Source: the human T2T-CHM13v2.0 reference genome, Homo sapiens. Taken from it: a DNA stretch of 64,000 nt. Numbering within the stretch: position 1 is the stretch's first letter; each line of letters begins with the position of its first letter. Of this stretch, positions 1-15,362 are shown piece by piece. Location of the stretch: assembly GCF_009914755.1 (NCBI RefSeq), contig NC_060925.1; one strand, 5' to 3'. A program made the translations under genes and the position numbers. A model generated the notes under the pieces. It was not told the origin of the DNA and did not search any database. It worked only from the letters and a program-made list of their open reading frames with translations.

Positions 1-984
1 ATAGCCTGGACATCACCAAGGAAGTAACACCACTGAGGAGTGTTCAACATCAGTAATGGATTGGAGACAAAATTATCTCTGCATAGAGATACTGTTTTTA
101 CCCATGTCCCTGCTTGGCAAACTCCCTACTTCCTTCTGATCTTTCCTACCAGAAAGTCTGGATTCAACACTCGAGCACTGTAAGTGGGTCTCATGGTTAG
201 CTCAGTTGGTTGGCCAAGACCTGGACTAATATCATGTGGCCTTGGCTAAGTGAAGCTGAGATGCCAGTAATTCTTATATATAATGTATGATATAATTCCC
301 TATCTCAAGTGTTCTGAACCTTTGAGAGACAGTGTGAATTTCTTACAAAGTACTCACAATCCAAACAGGAAAACACATTTCTAAAGTTAGTTTCCTGGCA
401 TAAAATAGTTTACAAAAAAGGGAATTTTTTTGACTGTTATTTCACCTCTTCCAAGAGCAAATAAGTCTCATGTTCCAGCTAATCATGGCTCCCTTTCTCA
501 TCCAACCTGTAGACTGATATAAGACTACAGGGTGTTCCAACCACATTTGCATCATCAGACCCTTCTGTCAGCTCAGGTTGTTAACTCAGCCTTATAGTAA
601 GTTCGAAGAATGACAAAACCAAGCACTAAAATATGATTGTGATAACTAGCTTGGTTATAAACCATGGCTGAGAAGCAGAATCTAGTGCCACACTGCCGGG
701 ATTCAAGACTTTGCCCAGTTACTTATGTGGCGTTGAACATGTACAAAATAGGGATAATAATAGTACCTATCTCAGAGGGTGGTTCGGAGGACTGTGACAA
801 GTTTATTAGTATAACCCTGGCACAGAATAAGCTCTCAGTAATCTAACCATATCTGGAGATCAAAATTTTATTTTATTTTGACCCAACCATTCAATGTATG
901 GAAATCTGTCCTATAGAAATACTCACACAAGAATGTAAGAAGATCTGGTGTTCCCCCTGATCATTTAATTACAAAAGAATTATA

Positions 985-1361
985 CTGGTACATATACACC
1001 ATGAAATTCTATGCAGCCATAGAAAGGAATGAGATCATATCCTTTGCAGGGACATAGATGGAGTTGGAAGACATGATTCTCAGCAAACTAACCCAGGAAC
1101 AGAAAACCAAATACCACATGTTCTCACTTATAAGTGGGAGCTGAATGATGAGAACACATGGACACATGGTGGGGAACACCACACACTGAGGCCTGTCAGG
1201 TTGGAGAGGGAGAGCATCAGGAAGAATAGCTAATGGATGCTGGGCTTAATACTTAAGTGACAGGATGATCTGTGTAGCAAACCACCATGGCACACATTTA
1301 TCTATGTAACAACTCTGTATATCCTGCACATGTAGCCTTGAACTTTAAAGTTGAAAAAAAA
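985..1361 (+). mobile_element. 5'-truncated L1PA (older L1PA subfamily) 3' end
   Basis: L1PA 3'UTR and polyA. TSD aaaagaattata at 973-984 and 1362-1373. Confidence 0.88.
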
Positions 1362-1814
1362 AAAAGAATTATAAGCAACTAATGTCCATCACTAGGGGAA
1401 ATACTAAATAAGTTACAGTTTTCTTTTTATATAATGAAATACTATGGAATAGATACGAAGGTAGGTCCTGTTAAGTACTGAGAATTGGCACAGGGTGGAG
1501 GTGAGGAGCCCAAATCTAGAGTCAGACATGTGAGTCCAGTGCCAGCCTTCTTGTGCACTGGCTGTGCTTCCTTGTACAAATCACGGAACTTCCTTAGCTG
1601 TAAAATGGGAGGAATGACAGTACTCCCCTGAAGGTTCTATATAGACATTTGTTAAATAGATAAATGCTGACAAGGAAGACAGCCTACATACCTAACTTAC
1701 TAGTGGTTATACAAGGAAATGGGAGTAATGATTTCCTTTTTGACTTTTTGTATTGTTTAACTTTTTAAAAAACGCATGTCATTTTTCTGTCACCAAATTT
1801 TAAAAATAAGCCTG

Positions 1815-2128
1815 GGCCAGATGCAGTGGCTCACACCTGTAATGCCAATACTTTGGGAGGCCGATGTGGGAGGATCACTTGAGCCAGGAGTTTGAAATCA
1901 GCCTGGTCAACGTAGGGAGATCCTGTCTCTACCAGAAAAAAATAAAAATACACAAATAAATACAGGAAAATTAGCCAGGCATGGTAGCACATGCCTGTAG
2001 TACCAGCTACTCAAGAGGCTGAGGTGGGAGAACTGCTTGAGCCTGGACATCGAGGCTGCAGTGAGCAATGATTGTGCCACCATACTCCAGCCTGGGCAAC
2101 AGAGCAAGATCCTGTCTCAAAAGAAAAA
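1815..2128 (+). mobile_element. AluJ
   Basis: Dimeric Alu with J-type ggatcacttgagccaggag and gaggctgcagtgagc. Confidence 0.9.
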
Positions 2129-4587
2129 TCGGCCTAGTTTTTCGGCATATGGTGGTCTGATTGAATTAGTTGATATGTAACTAAAAGAGTCTCATACTAA
2201 CAGGAATGTTGGTTATTACCATTTTCATTTTAAATAATGGGAAATTAAGACAGACAATGTTAAATGATTTATTAAGTTCAGATATTAAGTAATTTGTAAA
2301 ATGAAACTAAAATAGAAACAATGTAGTGTAATCTAAAGGACTTGAGTTTTGAGGATCAGACAGTGCTAGGTTCAAAATCCTTCTATGCCTCCTAGCGCCT
2401 TTTGCAAATTATGTAACCTCTCTGAAACTCAGTTTTATTATTTGGACATTGAGGTTAATGGTAATAATAGCTAACATTTATTGAGTGCTTACTAAATGGG
2501 AAGCATTATAGCAAGAGCTATAAATGTATTATCTCATTTGATCCTCATAAAAACTCTGAGGTACTTGTTTCACAAGGATGAAGGAACTGAGGCACAGAAG
2601 GGTTAAATGAGTGGTCCATACCTAGTAAATAGTGGAGCCATGACTTGAACCCAGGTCGATTAACTTCAGCCATATGTACTTCAGAGGGAGATTATGAGAA
2701 GATAGCAAGGCACTCAAGAAATTATTTGTTTTACCCCTTTGATTCACTAGAATGTATGGCCTAAAATTTTAATTTTATGTTATAATAAACTTCTAAGGGG
2801 TGTGTGATTCTCTTACACTGCTCACGCTAAAGATAACTGACTGCTTGATATACTTGTTTCATTGAGAAGTGGTGGCCCATACCAGGGCAGGTGACAAGGA
2901 CAGTGGTTCTTATTCATCTGGGCAGCAGCTTCAGTGCTAATTCTAAACACAGGTGGTGAGAGAGACAGCCAACAGGAAGGGGGAAGGAATCACTGCTGAC
3001 ATGTGCAACTGGGAAGATTGATGGTTTCCCTCTCTCTTTTTCCCCAATGTGTCGGCCTGGGAGCAGAGACGTAGAAGCCGCTGTGCTGAGGACAGTAAAA
3101 TACACAGCACAGTGTCTGCCTGGCTGCAACACTGATTAATGAGACCAAAATGACACAGAAAACAGGCAGTGCTTCGGAAGGATAATTCACAGGCATTTCT
3201 TTATTTAATCATTTCAACAAAAGCAGTTCCCATAAACTGCCCGGTTTGAACTAGAATCTAGAATTCCCCGTGGTTAGAGCAACACAGGGGTATATTTGGT
3301 GGGATGCGTGGATCAAAGAGTGAGAATATAAAGAGAGTTTGTAATGAAGTAAATTCACTAATGACCGGCTGGGTACAAACTTAGGAATTCCTCTACTTTC
3401 TCTGACTGACCAAAACATTCACAAAGTTCCAAGTAAGATAGTTGTTTGCCTACCTAACTTAATGTAGGGATGATATGAGAATACGTTATCACAAGGAATT
3501 GCACCCTGTTAAAGCACTCTTGCTTTTCAAGACTAGTAGCCAGCGTCACCAATTCTTCATGTTTTACCATAGCTGCATAATGTATACATTTAAAATGACA
3601 TTATCTTTATTAAGGAAATTAATGTAAAAATTAATTAACATCAAATATTATTTTAGTACTTACTATCACCTGTCTTACTTCCCACGAGCAGCTCTTAAAC
3701 TTAATACTATATCCCAAACTAAATCTATTGACTCATGACCTTCAGGTCAACTCTCCCCGATTCTGCACTGTATTCTCAATTCTGGCTAATGATACAACCA
3801 TCTACCTAGTCTCCTAACCTTAAGATTCATCCCCAACTCCTTCCTTTCCCTTACCAGATTCTGTTGGTTCAAATCCTGCCTCCTCCAATTACTAGCTATG
3901 TGATCTTTGGCAAGTATTTGTGCCTCAGTTTCATCACCTGAAATAAAAATTTTAATAGTACTGATTTATAGGAGAATTGCAAGAATTAAACAAATTGATA
4001 CATAAAAAGTGTTTAGATTGGTGCCTGGCACATAGAAAATGCTTAATAAATATTAGCTATCTTCATCATCTAATCAATTACTAAATCATCAGGGATGTTT
4101 CTCAATACAATTTCATTTCTCCATCTCCATCAATGTAGTCTAAACCACAATCATCTCACCTGTGCTGTTTCAATAGCTTTTTTCTGAGTTTTTTAATCTT
4201 CTACACTATTACCTGAACCAGCATTTAAAAGTAATGAATCTCCACTGATTCTTCCTTTTTCACAGAGTCAAATCCAAACCCTTAATTTAGTGTATAAAAT
4301 CCTTCATAATCTGACTTCAAATATATGTAGATTACTTAGACATAGTAAGGGCAATTATCCCCATGAATCAACATTAATTAAGCAAGTGAGAAGTCTTATG
4401 AGAAATATAGGGTTCAAGTTTTACATTTAACATTTTATAACATGCTATTTTTCATTGATTATCCTAACACTAGAGTAAGTATCATATTCACTGAAAAACC
4501 ACTGAGTAATCTTTAGGATCTATAATTTAAAGCCTAAAACATAAAAAAAATTACATGCCATTTTTCTAGTGTACTTCCATTGCTTGG

Positions 4588-5032
4588 TGTAGTAGGTTGA
4601 ATTATGTCCCTCCAAAATTCATGTCTACCTAGAACTTCAGAATGTAACTTTATTTGTAAATAGGATCTTCGCAGATATAATCAGTTAAGATGAGGTCATA
4701 CTAGATTATAGTGGGCTCTAAATACAATGACTTGTGTCCTTAAAAGAAGAGAAGACACACAGACACATAGAGGGAAAAGGGCCACATGACAATGGAGGCA
4801 GAGATTGGAGTGATACAGCTACAATTCAAGAAAATCCCAAGGATTGCGAAGAGCCACCAGCGGCTAGGAAGAGACAAGGAAGGGTTCTTCCTTAGAGTCT
4901 TAAGAAGCATGCCCTGCCAACACCTCAGTGTCAGACTGCTAGCCTCCAGAACTGTGAAAGAATACATTTCTGTTCTTTTAGGCCACCCAGTTTGTGGTAC
5001 TTGGTTATGGCAGCCTTAGAAAACTATTAATA
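4588..5032 (+). mobile_element. MaLR solo LTR (MLT1B/C-like)
   Basis: tgtagtaggttgaattatgtccctccaaaattcatg...agcctccagaactgtga...gtttgtggtacttggttatggcagcc. Confidence 0.85.
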
Positions 5033-5794
5033 GCACACTTGACTAATGTCTTAAACTGATAAGGTAAGTAAGGTCAGTTGTTCAGGATCTGTAATCTGGT
5101 TACTATTTCTGTCAGAAATTCACATCCAGGACACTGGCCTTCTCTTCCAAGACTGTGCAAGCCCTGGGGCAATGCAGAGTAGAATAAAAGTATTCTGCAC
5201 GGGTTGTGGTGACTGACCAAACCACAACTGTATGTAGGTAGTAGTGCTGAGAGGCAGGAAGCATTATTACATAGACCATGTCAAATAAACAAACAGCCAT
5301 CAACTAAGGGGCTATAATCATAGATGAAGTTGCTGTTACTTTGTTCTGGGATCAAAGTTCTAGGATCACATTTGCATTGATTCCATAAAATTACTGCACA
5401 TAGTTGACTTTGCTCCATTTATTTCTTCCATTTAAACAGTAGCTCTGAAATTTTCATTATGCTGTAATCTCTCAGAAAAATGTAAATTTAAACTTAGCAA
5501 ATATTTATTTCCTTTGGTAAAAAAAAATATTGATTGTATACCATTTTCCAGATGAAGCAGTATGGATGGCATGCGCTATTTCAACTTCCATGATCAATTA
5601 TTGCTCTCCAAAAGGACTTTTTTTTCCCCCTTTGAAATCTTGAGATTGTTTTTTGGCATAATTACCCCAGCCCAAACGGTTTTGAGATATGTGTTTGTTT
5701 TTTTTTTAAATAAGCAGTAAACTATTTCTTTTACTTTAAAAAAACAAGTAAATAGGTCTTTAAATTTTCTTTGAAGCTCTTTATAAAAACTTCT

Positions 5795-6090
5795 AAAAAA
5801 TAAATGTTATTGTATATATTTAAGGTATACAGCATGATGTTATGGGATATATACAGATACCAAAAAGGTTACTATAGTAAAGTAAATTAATATATCCATC
5901 ATCCCACATAGTTATCAATTTCTTTTGTTTTTATGTCAAAAGCAGCTAAATTCTGATTTAATATCAATCCCAAATACAGTACAATTTTATTACCTATAGT
6001 CCTCATGTTGTATTTAGATCTCTAGACTTGTTCATCCTACATATCTGCTACTTTGCATCCTCTGACCTACATCTCTCCATTTCCTCCTTT
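5795..6090 (-). mobile_element. L1MA-type 3' end fragment
   Basis: ttattgtatatatttaaggtatacagcatgatg...gtcctcatgttgtatttagatctctagacttgttcatc resembles antisense L1MA 3'UTR. Confidence 0.7.
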
Positions 6091-6676
6091 ACAAAGAATT
6101 CTTGTACGTAATAAATAACTTTAGGAAAAAAAAAGAGAGAAAAATTCAAATTTGCAAACCAGTATCATCAGCCAATCATTAATTCACCATCCCTCTTTAT
6201 GTTTAAAAGATTATCTCAATAATCTCTGGAAGCTCTGAATGACAGCCTATAAGGTTGGGGAACAAATAGTCCTATACAGATTAATTTTCTTTTGGAGGTT
6301 TTTTTTATGATCGATTCCAAATATACAGTATAGGGAAGGTGAAATGAGTAAGAAAAAAATCATATTTAATTCCCTGTTAACACTAAGCTATATTATTCAA
6401 AATGTGTTTCAAAATACTTAACCAGATCACCAAATCTCAGTCACTACCTTAGTTTAAATATTCACTAAGAAAATAGTCAAGCAACAGAAATCCATTGTGA
6501 GACACCATCTAAAGAGAAAGCTACACTGCTATATATAATTTATTAACTTAGTAGTTTAGTCTCTCAATATTTAGCAAGTTTGTTTAAAAATTACCATTCC
6601 CATTGGTTTATAGTAACATTAATATAAATCCATAATTTCAAAGTCAACATTCCTTTCACTGTGAACAAAAGACTTC

Positions 6677-6974
6677 TTTTTTTTTGAGATGGAGTCTCAC
6701 TCTGTCACCCATGCTGGAGTGCAGTGGCGATCTCGGCTCACTGCAACCTCCACACTGCCTGCCACCCCTGGGTTCAAGGGATTCTCCTGCCTCAGCCTCC
6801 CAAGTAGCTGGGATTACAGGCGCCTGCCACCGCGCCCGGCTAATTTTTGTATTTTTAGTACAGACAGGGTTTCACCATCTTGGCCAGGCTGGTCTTGAAC
6901 TCCTGACCTCGTGATCCACCTGCCTCGGCCTCCCAAAGTGCTGGGATTACAGGAGCAAGCCACTGCACCCAGCC
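6677..6974 (-). mobile_element. AluS
   Basis: Full antisense Alu with a short insertion near 6750. Confidence 0.92.
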
Positions 6975-9231
6975 AGTAGTCCAATATATTTCTGACATAC
7001 CACATAGCTTCCTGTATGTCATATCTTTGAGCCTCTTATACAAGTTGTAAAGAAACTGGCAATCTATATAGAGATGCAGAGAGGATGTTACCAAGGAAGT
7101 GTCAGTATTGGGGGACACTGAAGAGTTTTTAGTTTCTCAAACTCACTGGTAAACCTTAGAATTTGACACAATCGAGTACTTAGTTCTTCCTCTAAATTTT
7201 TACCATCACATTGAATCTTCCACTCATGTTTAGTGGCACCATCATGGTTCTAATTTGCACTTGCTCTGTGTGTGTCTATGTGTCTGTGTATGTTTATAAA
7301 ATAACTACACTCCTAGTCAGTTGTCTTATTGTGCCTAATAAAATTCAAGGACATTTCTTTAATTAAGAGAGCCTTTCCTTTCCTGATTGCTTACATAAAT
7401 GATGACAATTTAAAAATTGTTATTAAGTTAGCTTATAATGTATTGTTTAATACACTGAGGAAACATGTATTTCAATTGTAAAGTAATGCAGCAACAAAGT
7501 TTTGTTTCTCTAATGTCAATTATATCATTTGGAATATGAGCATTCTTGTAGTAATCAATTGTAAATGTAAAGGTCAAAATAATGTTCTCCTTAATATTTT
7601 ATTTTGCTTTTCTAACAACTCTAACAAGTTGACTTTATTCACCAGCGAAATATTTACCATATCCCTTTTGCAGTAAACAATACACTTTCAATTCTGATTT
7701 TATTTTTATATATTTTATATCTTTAGATGGGTATATTCTACTTTTGCAAATATGCTTTAAGTCAATAAATTATAATTTTTCAATAGCTTCACCATAAAAT
7801 CAACACTCACACTCAAACTGTAATAATTTTAAATGCAATTTACTTATGAGTTTTTGAGACTCCTCCTTCCCCAACTGGAAATTTTTAAATGTTGTACATA
7901 ATTATTCTCTATACTACATTTTAGTAGATAAAATAATTAGCATGAATAGAATATGGCTTTTTATACTATATACATATGTATTGAAATATTAAATTGTACC
8001 CCATAAATATGTACAATTACAATGTTTCCATTTAAAAAATCAAATAGCGCTCTCATTTTTGACAATTTCAAACACGTGGTTTGAAAATGTATCTTCAAAG
8101 TGCATTACTTTTCATCTACTTAGATGACAAATTACTGTACCATGAAAAGTTATTAATGATAAAATACCTGGTACCACACGTGATACCATTGCTTGCCTCA
8201 ACTGGTAAACTCCTGGACATTTTTGGGAAAAATAACACAGACTTTTGTTTTGCTGTTACTATCAAATAATTATAAGGTAACTGTAAATGCTCATGTCTGG
8301 ACCATCAAACAGTAAAGGACAGTGAGAAATGTATGTACCAAGTGGAACAGAGCTGTTTTGTGTGGACAGGTGGAACCCCAGCTGGGTAAAAACAATGCTA
8401 TTGAAATGTCATCAGTCGAGTTATAATGAAGTGATTTTCTTTGTTTATTTTCTATCTTGATGAGAAATGTGTGATTTTTAAAAATACTGTAGCAGAAAAA
8501 ATAGCCCAATTACCGATCAGATGTTTTATATAACAAAGTATTTTTCAAGTTCTCTCATATTTCTGACAATTTTAACTTTTTCCTGACCTCCCACCCCACC
8601 GGCACTACTGGGTTAATAAGAATCAAGTCTACTTTTTCAGCCTTTTTCTTCTACCATTCCCCTCCATGAATTGTATACTTCTTTTACTTCCATACTCTTG
8701 CTAACTTCCAAGACTTTGCACTTGCAATTCTCTCTGCCTGGAATCCCTTTCTTGACCTAACAAATTTCAATATATCTTTTAAGACCTGGTGCAGCTGTTA
8801 CCACATTTGTGGAGCACTCTCCAAATCCCCAGGACAAGATGAGTCACTTGCTCCTGTAAGCAACTACAATGCTTTGTCCTCCCTCTATTATAGCACATAG
8901 TTGTACTGTAACTTACTTTTCCTACATGTCCACTACCCTCGCCAGCCAGTGAAATCCTCAAGGGAAAGAACCATGCTGTTATCCCTAACACCAACAGAGC
9001 GGAGATTCAATATATGCATGTGAATGAAGTAGAAATGAATACTACATGAGGCTTATAGAATGCAGGAGCTGAAGTCTCGTCTTAAATCCCATGACACTCA
9101 GAGTCCCCATGATGGATGAAGATAGAGGCAGGCCATTTCCCAAGATGAGTAGGGAAAATTTTCAAATTATCCCTTCTCAGACTGCCTATCCCAGCTGGCC
9201 ATCTTTCAGGTAACAATACCTACAACTATCA

Positions 9232-9545
<314 letters not shown>

Positions 9546-9666
9546 TTAGAATAATAAGTGCTTAAAAGCTACCTCATAAACTCTTTATAAAGTTCCTCAA
9601 CTCTCCTTAGAGTGCAAGTAATCTCACTTTAAAGTTCAGAGTAGATGTTATGTGATAATTTCCTGA

Positions 9667-10281
<615 letters not shown>

Positions 10282-10934
10282 TGATATTTATTTTAACAAT
10301 GTTCTGTGAAAGAGGCATTCACAAGTATATAGGGAAATTCAATATAAATTCAGTTTGATTTTTGACTAGTTTTGCCCTTAGCTAGAGTATACATTGAACT
10401 TATAATACAGTGTCATTTTCTCTTTTCTGGAAGACAGCACTGCACATACCCCACGAGACACCCAAGAGCACTCCTAATTCAGCAAGGACAGAAACACAGC
10501 ACAACACTGCAGGATCAGGATGTTTTGAATTGAGTTAATGGATGGGATTTATGGGAAAACTGCATGGAAATGTGTTTAGGTTTTTTAATCCCAATCTTTA
10601 AAAAGAATGAATTAAGAATCTCAAAATCAATATCAGATGTTGTATGATGACTTCAATACAACAAAACACATCTTAAAATATTTTGAAATCTAGTTCCTTT
10701 TCTGCTCACCTGCTGCTGCTATGGTTCAAGGGGTCAGGGTTTCCTACCACTGCGAAGATTCCTAAGAACCAAAAGCAATATGGAGGAAAACGCTTTGGTC
10801 TTACTAATGTCTTCAGCAGTAAGGAAGAAACAGCAAACTCCTAATGTCATCTAGTTAGTAGAGGATAAATGTGTGTTTTAGCATCAGAATTATTTCAACT
10901 TTCATTAGGAAATAAATTTGGAATAGGCACAAAC

Positions 10935-12582
10935 TTACACTGGAGAAGGGACATCCTCTTCAATAAATAATGCTGGGAAAATTGGAGAGCCACATATTGA
11001 AGAATGAAACTGAACCCTTATCTCTTACCATATACAGAAATCAACTCAAAATAGATGAAGAACTTAAACATAGACCTGAAACTATAAAAATACTAGCAGA
11101 AAACCCAGGAAAAGCTCTCCTGCACACTGGCTAGGCAAAGAATTTATGACTAAGTCCTCAAATGCACAGGCAACAAACCCAAAAATAGACAAGTAGGACC
11201 TAATTAAACTTCAAAGCTTATTTTGGTTTAAGAAATAATCAACAGAGTGAATAGACACCTGTTGAATGGGAGAAGATAGTTGCAAACTACTCATCTGACA
11301 GGGGACTAATACCCAGAATATACAAGGAACTCAGCTCAACAGCAAAACAAACAAATGAAAAGCAATCCCATTAAAAAGTAGGGAAAGGAAATCAATAGAT
11401 ATTCATCAAAAGAAGACATGAAAATGGCAAACAGGTATTTGAAAAAATCTTCAATATTACTAATCATCAGAGAAATGCAAATCAAAACCGCAATGAGATA
11501 TCATCTTACCCAAATCAGAAAAGGTAGAAAATAATGGATGTTGGTGAGGAAGTGGAGAAAAGAGAACTCTTATACCCTGCTGGTGGGAATGGAAACTAGT
11601 ACAGCTTCTATGGAAAACTGTATGGAGATGTCTTTAAAAACTAAAAATAGAATTACCATTTGATCCAGCAATCCCACTAGTGGGTATCTGCCCAAAGAAA
11701 AAGAAATCAATATATCAAAGGGATATCTGCACTCGCATGTTTACTGCAGCACTATTCACAATAGCAAAGCTATGGAATCAATCTAAGTGTTCATCAACAG
11801 ATGAATGGATAAAGAAAATGTGTACATATATACAATGGTATGCTACTCAGACATTAGAAAATAAAATAAAATCCTTTCATTTACAGCAATGTGGATAGAA
11901 CTGGGGGGGTTTTGTTTGTTTTGAGACAGGGTCTCACTCTGTCACCCAGGCTGGAGTGCAGTGGCCTGATCTCGGCTCACTGTAGCTTCGACCTCCCAAG
12001 CTCAAGTGATTCACCCACCTCAGCCTCCTGAATAGCCACACCAGTTAATTTTTGTATTTGTTGTAGAGATGGGATTTCACCATGTTGCCCAGGTTGGTCT
12101 CGAACTCCTGGGCTCAAGTGATACTCCCACCTTGGCCTTCTAAAGTGCTGGGACTATAGGCTTGAGACACCGTCCCTGGCAAGTGAAATAAGCCAGGCAC
12201 CAAAAGACAAACATCCCATCTTCTCACTCATATGTAGGAGCTAAAATATTTGATCATATGGAAGTAAAGAGTGGAAAGATAGATAACAGAGACTGGGAGG
12301 GATGAGTGTGGGTGAGAGGGGAGGATGAAGAGAAGTGGGTTGAAGGGTAAAAACATACAGTTCGATAAAAGGAATAAATTCAATGTTTGGCAGCGGAGTA
12401 GGGTGACTATAGTTAACAAAAATGTATTGTACTTGGATGATGGACACCCTAAGTACCCTTACTTGATCACTATGTATTATATACGTGTAACAAAATTTCA
12501 CATTATGTATTATATACATGTAACAAAACTTCACATGTATGCCACAAATTTGTACAAATAAAAATAAAAATAAAATAAAAAC
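10935..12582 (+). mobile_element. L1MA-like 3' fragment, interrupted by an AluJ at 11910-12180
   Basis: ORF2 C-terminal remnant (11680-11898 ICTRMFTAALFTIAK), L1MA-type 3'UTR and an A-rich tail. Confidence 0.85.
11910..12180 (-). mobile_element. AluJ with an internal deletion
   Basis: Antisense Alu with J-type features, inside the L1MA. Confidence 0.88.
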
Positions 12583-15115
12583 AATATAAGAGTCATGTTA
12601 CTTTTTATGAAGGATAGTCAAAATGTTTCCCAGTTACCAAGTCACATTTTACTAACATTTTTCTCTGCATAATACAGGTGCTTAATATATACTTATTAAA
12701 TAAATGAGTAAATGAGATAATTTCATAATTACTTTTCTGTTTATTCTCATAGAAAAATAAAAGACTATAAGCCTATTTATGTTTTCAAGCAGTGTCTGTC
12801 CCTGTCCTCATTTTCATCAAAATCTTTTACTGAAGTAAACCCACATGTCCTCAAATCTGCAATCTTGGTGTTCACTTATCACATCTAACACAGGATTCCT
12901 GAACCCAAGCTCCCAAGCCTCTCTAACAAACATGCTAGTCATTTCTTCAGTTTTAAATAGGGAGATCTGAACTATCTCAAAGTTACTGGAACATTCTGAT
13001 GAGGACACAAGAGCAGGAAAGAGCAGGCTCCTTAAGGGCCACTGAAACCACAAATATTCCAGAGCTACAAGCCGCAGAACAATGTGTGCTAGTTCTAACA
13101 ACTCCTCCTTTTCATCCAGCACTGCCAAAATAAAATATTACCACTACCCTTTATCCTAAGAAAGCCAACACACACAATTTTGGGCTTATAAAAAAGATAA
13201 TCATCTATTTTATTAAGTCCTATTTACAAACTGCAGACCACTATGGACTTAGTTTAATGATTACATTTAACTTCACCCAGGCCCTTGTTGGAAGCGGTGG
13301 TGGCGGTGGGGGTTGGGGGGGTGGGCAATAATTCGATTTAGTTAAAATAAAAATACCAGATCCTCATTCATTCATCCATCCATTTACATTTATTGAGCAC
13401 TAGCCATGTACCAAACACCGTGTTGAGGAGTGGGAACACAACAGTCATGAAATAGTAATTCCCTTGAGAAGTCTATAGTCCAGTTGTGATTGTGCCAAGC
13501 ACAACCAATTCATTGGTCTATTTTACTTAGAACTAATTTTAAATCTCCGTCTGCTTAAGCTCCCAAGAGCTTCTCTCTATTTAACCGGTAACCTCAGTTC
13601 TTACTTTACTGAATTCAGTACATTGTACCAACTTTTCTACTTCGTACTTGCAAATATTTCCACATAGATAACCATCCTCTGTCTTTGACTTCACAGAAAG
13701 GGGTCCCTCTAAGATTAACCCTTTCCCGCAGTGCTACTAATTCTATCCTTTCTGTGTTCTTCAGAATATTTCTGCATCAGGTTTTATGTTTTTTCCATCT
13801 TTAATCTTTAACTCTTTATCAGATCCTTCAAGTCTTTCCTACTCTATGGAAATATAAAGAGGTTTACCCCCATCTTGGGCCATTTCTCCCTTTCCTACTC
13901 TTCCCAAATATTCCTTTAAGAACTTTATACCTGCCACCACCACTTTAACTCTCTATAAGCTACCCCCTACCTTAATCTCTCCACAATCTGCTTTCTTACC
14001 CACAGAATTACTAAAGCTCTTCTAAAATAAAAACAAAAAATGATTCCTAATCCTTTAATCCAATAGGCTGTTTTTGTCTTGCTGCTCTTCAATGATCTCT
14101 TTGAATCTATCAACTGACACTGTTTATTATCATCCTATAAAACACTCCCCTCTCATTTTCATGAAGCTACACTGCGTTGTTTGTATTTTACACTCTGATT
14201 TCTCTAATTTTGTCTTTGTTGGTTCCTCATTTTTTATTCTCAATAAATGGGGATCTAAAGCAGCAGTTTTCTACTTTTTTTTCTGCTACAACAGGTAATA
14301 TTCACGGAAAAGAGAACAAGAGAGCTTACTTTATTTATCTGATCTTGTTTACCACTTGTGTCAAAGAATTGCTCATCGAATTGACCAGATTCAAGGACCA
14401 TTACTGGTCCATGTTTGTTTGCTTGTTTGTTGGTTGGTTGGTTGTTTTGGTTTTTGTGGTTTTTTGTTTGTTTCTTTTTCACCAGAGGAGTCTTGCCGTT
14501 TCTGTTATCCCTATAAGCCTACGCTAGGGCCAGGTCTGGCTTCCTCAACTTGCTCTTCCCTCATGCAGTAGCTCAAGTTGGTCTCTGGTACCCATTACCT
14601 CAGATAGGTGGTAATTCACATCCCAACATTTGGATTTGGGTCAAGAGCTTTGGGCCTAATCAAGTTTACAAGAGCTAGACATAGGAATATCAGGCCCATA
14701 CCTAGTAGTTAATAATATACTATTTTAATTATCATATGCCACTGACCCAATATCTCCTTTAGAAGCTCTGGAAAAGGAATCCTGTGGTTTAAAGGAGAAT
14801 TTGTACTTTAACTTTTTTGTACTGAAACTTCAGGCCATAATGTCATCTTTTTACTCCTCTTCACCATACTAGATTTTAAAAAATTGTCAAATAATTCTGG
14901 TAACAAGTCAAATAACATAGAACTATATAAATTAAAAGGTAAAAAATTTGTTCTTCCTTCCTTCATATTACCCCTAAATAAAGCCATCAAAATTAAGACT
15001 CAAGTGTATTTATCTATAACTTTATTTAAAAATATGAAACAATTTACATATGTTAGGGCACATTTTTAAACAACATTGGGATCATATGTTACTCTGCACT
15101 TTATTTCTACTTTCC

Positions 15116-15362
<247 letters not shown>

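Noticed and set aside
5220-5250. let-7-like string (tgtaggtagtagtg)
   Set aside because: Only a short partial match, with no complementary arm to form a pre-miRNA hairpin.
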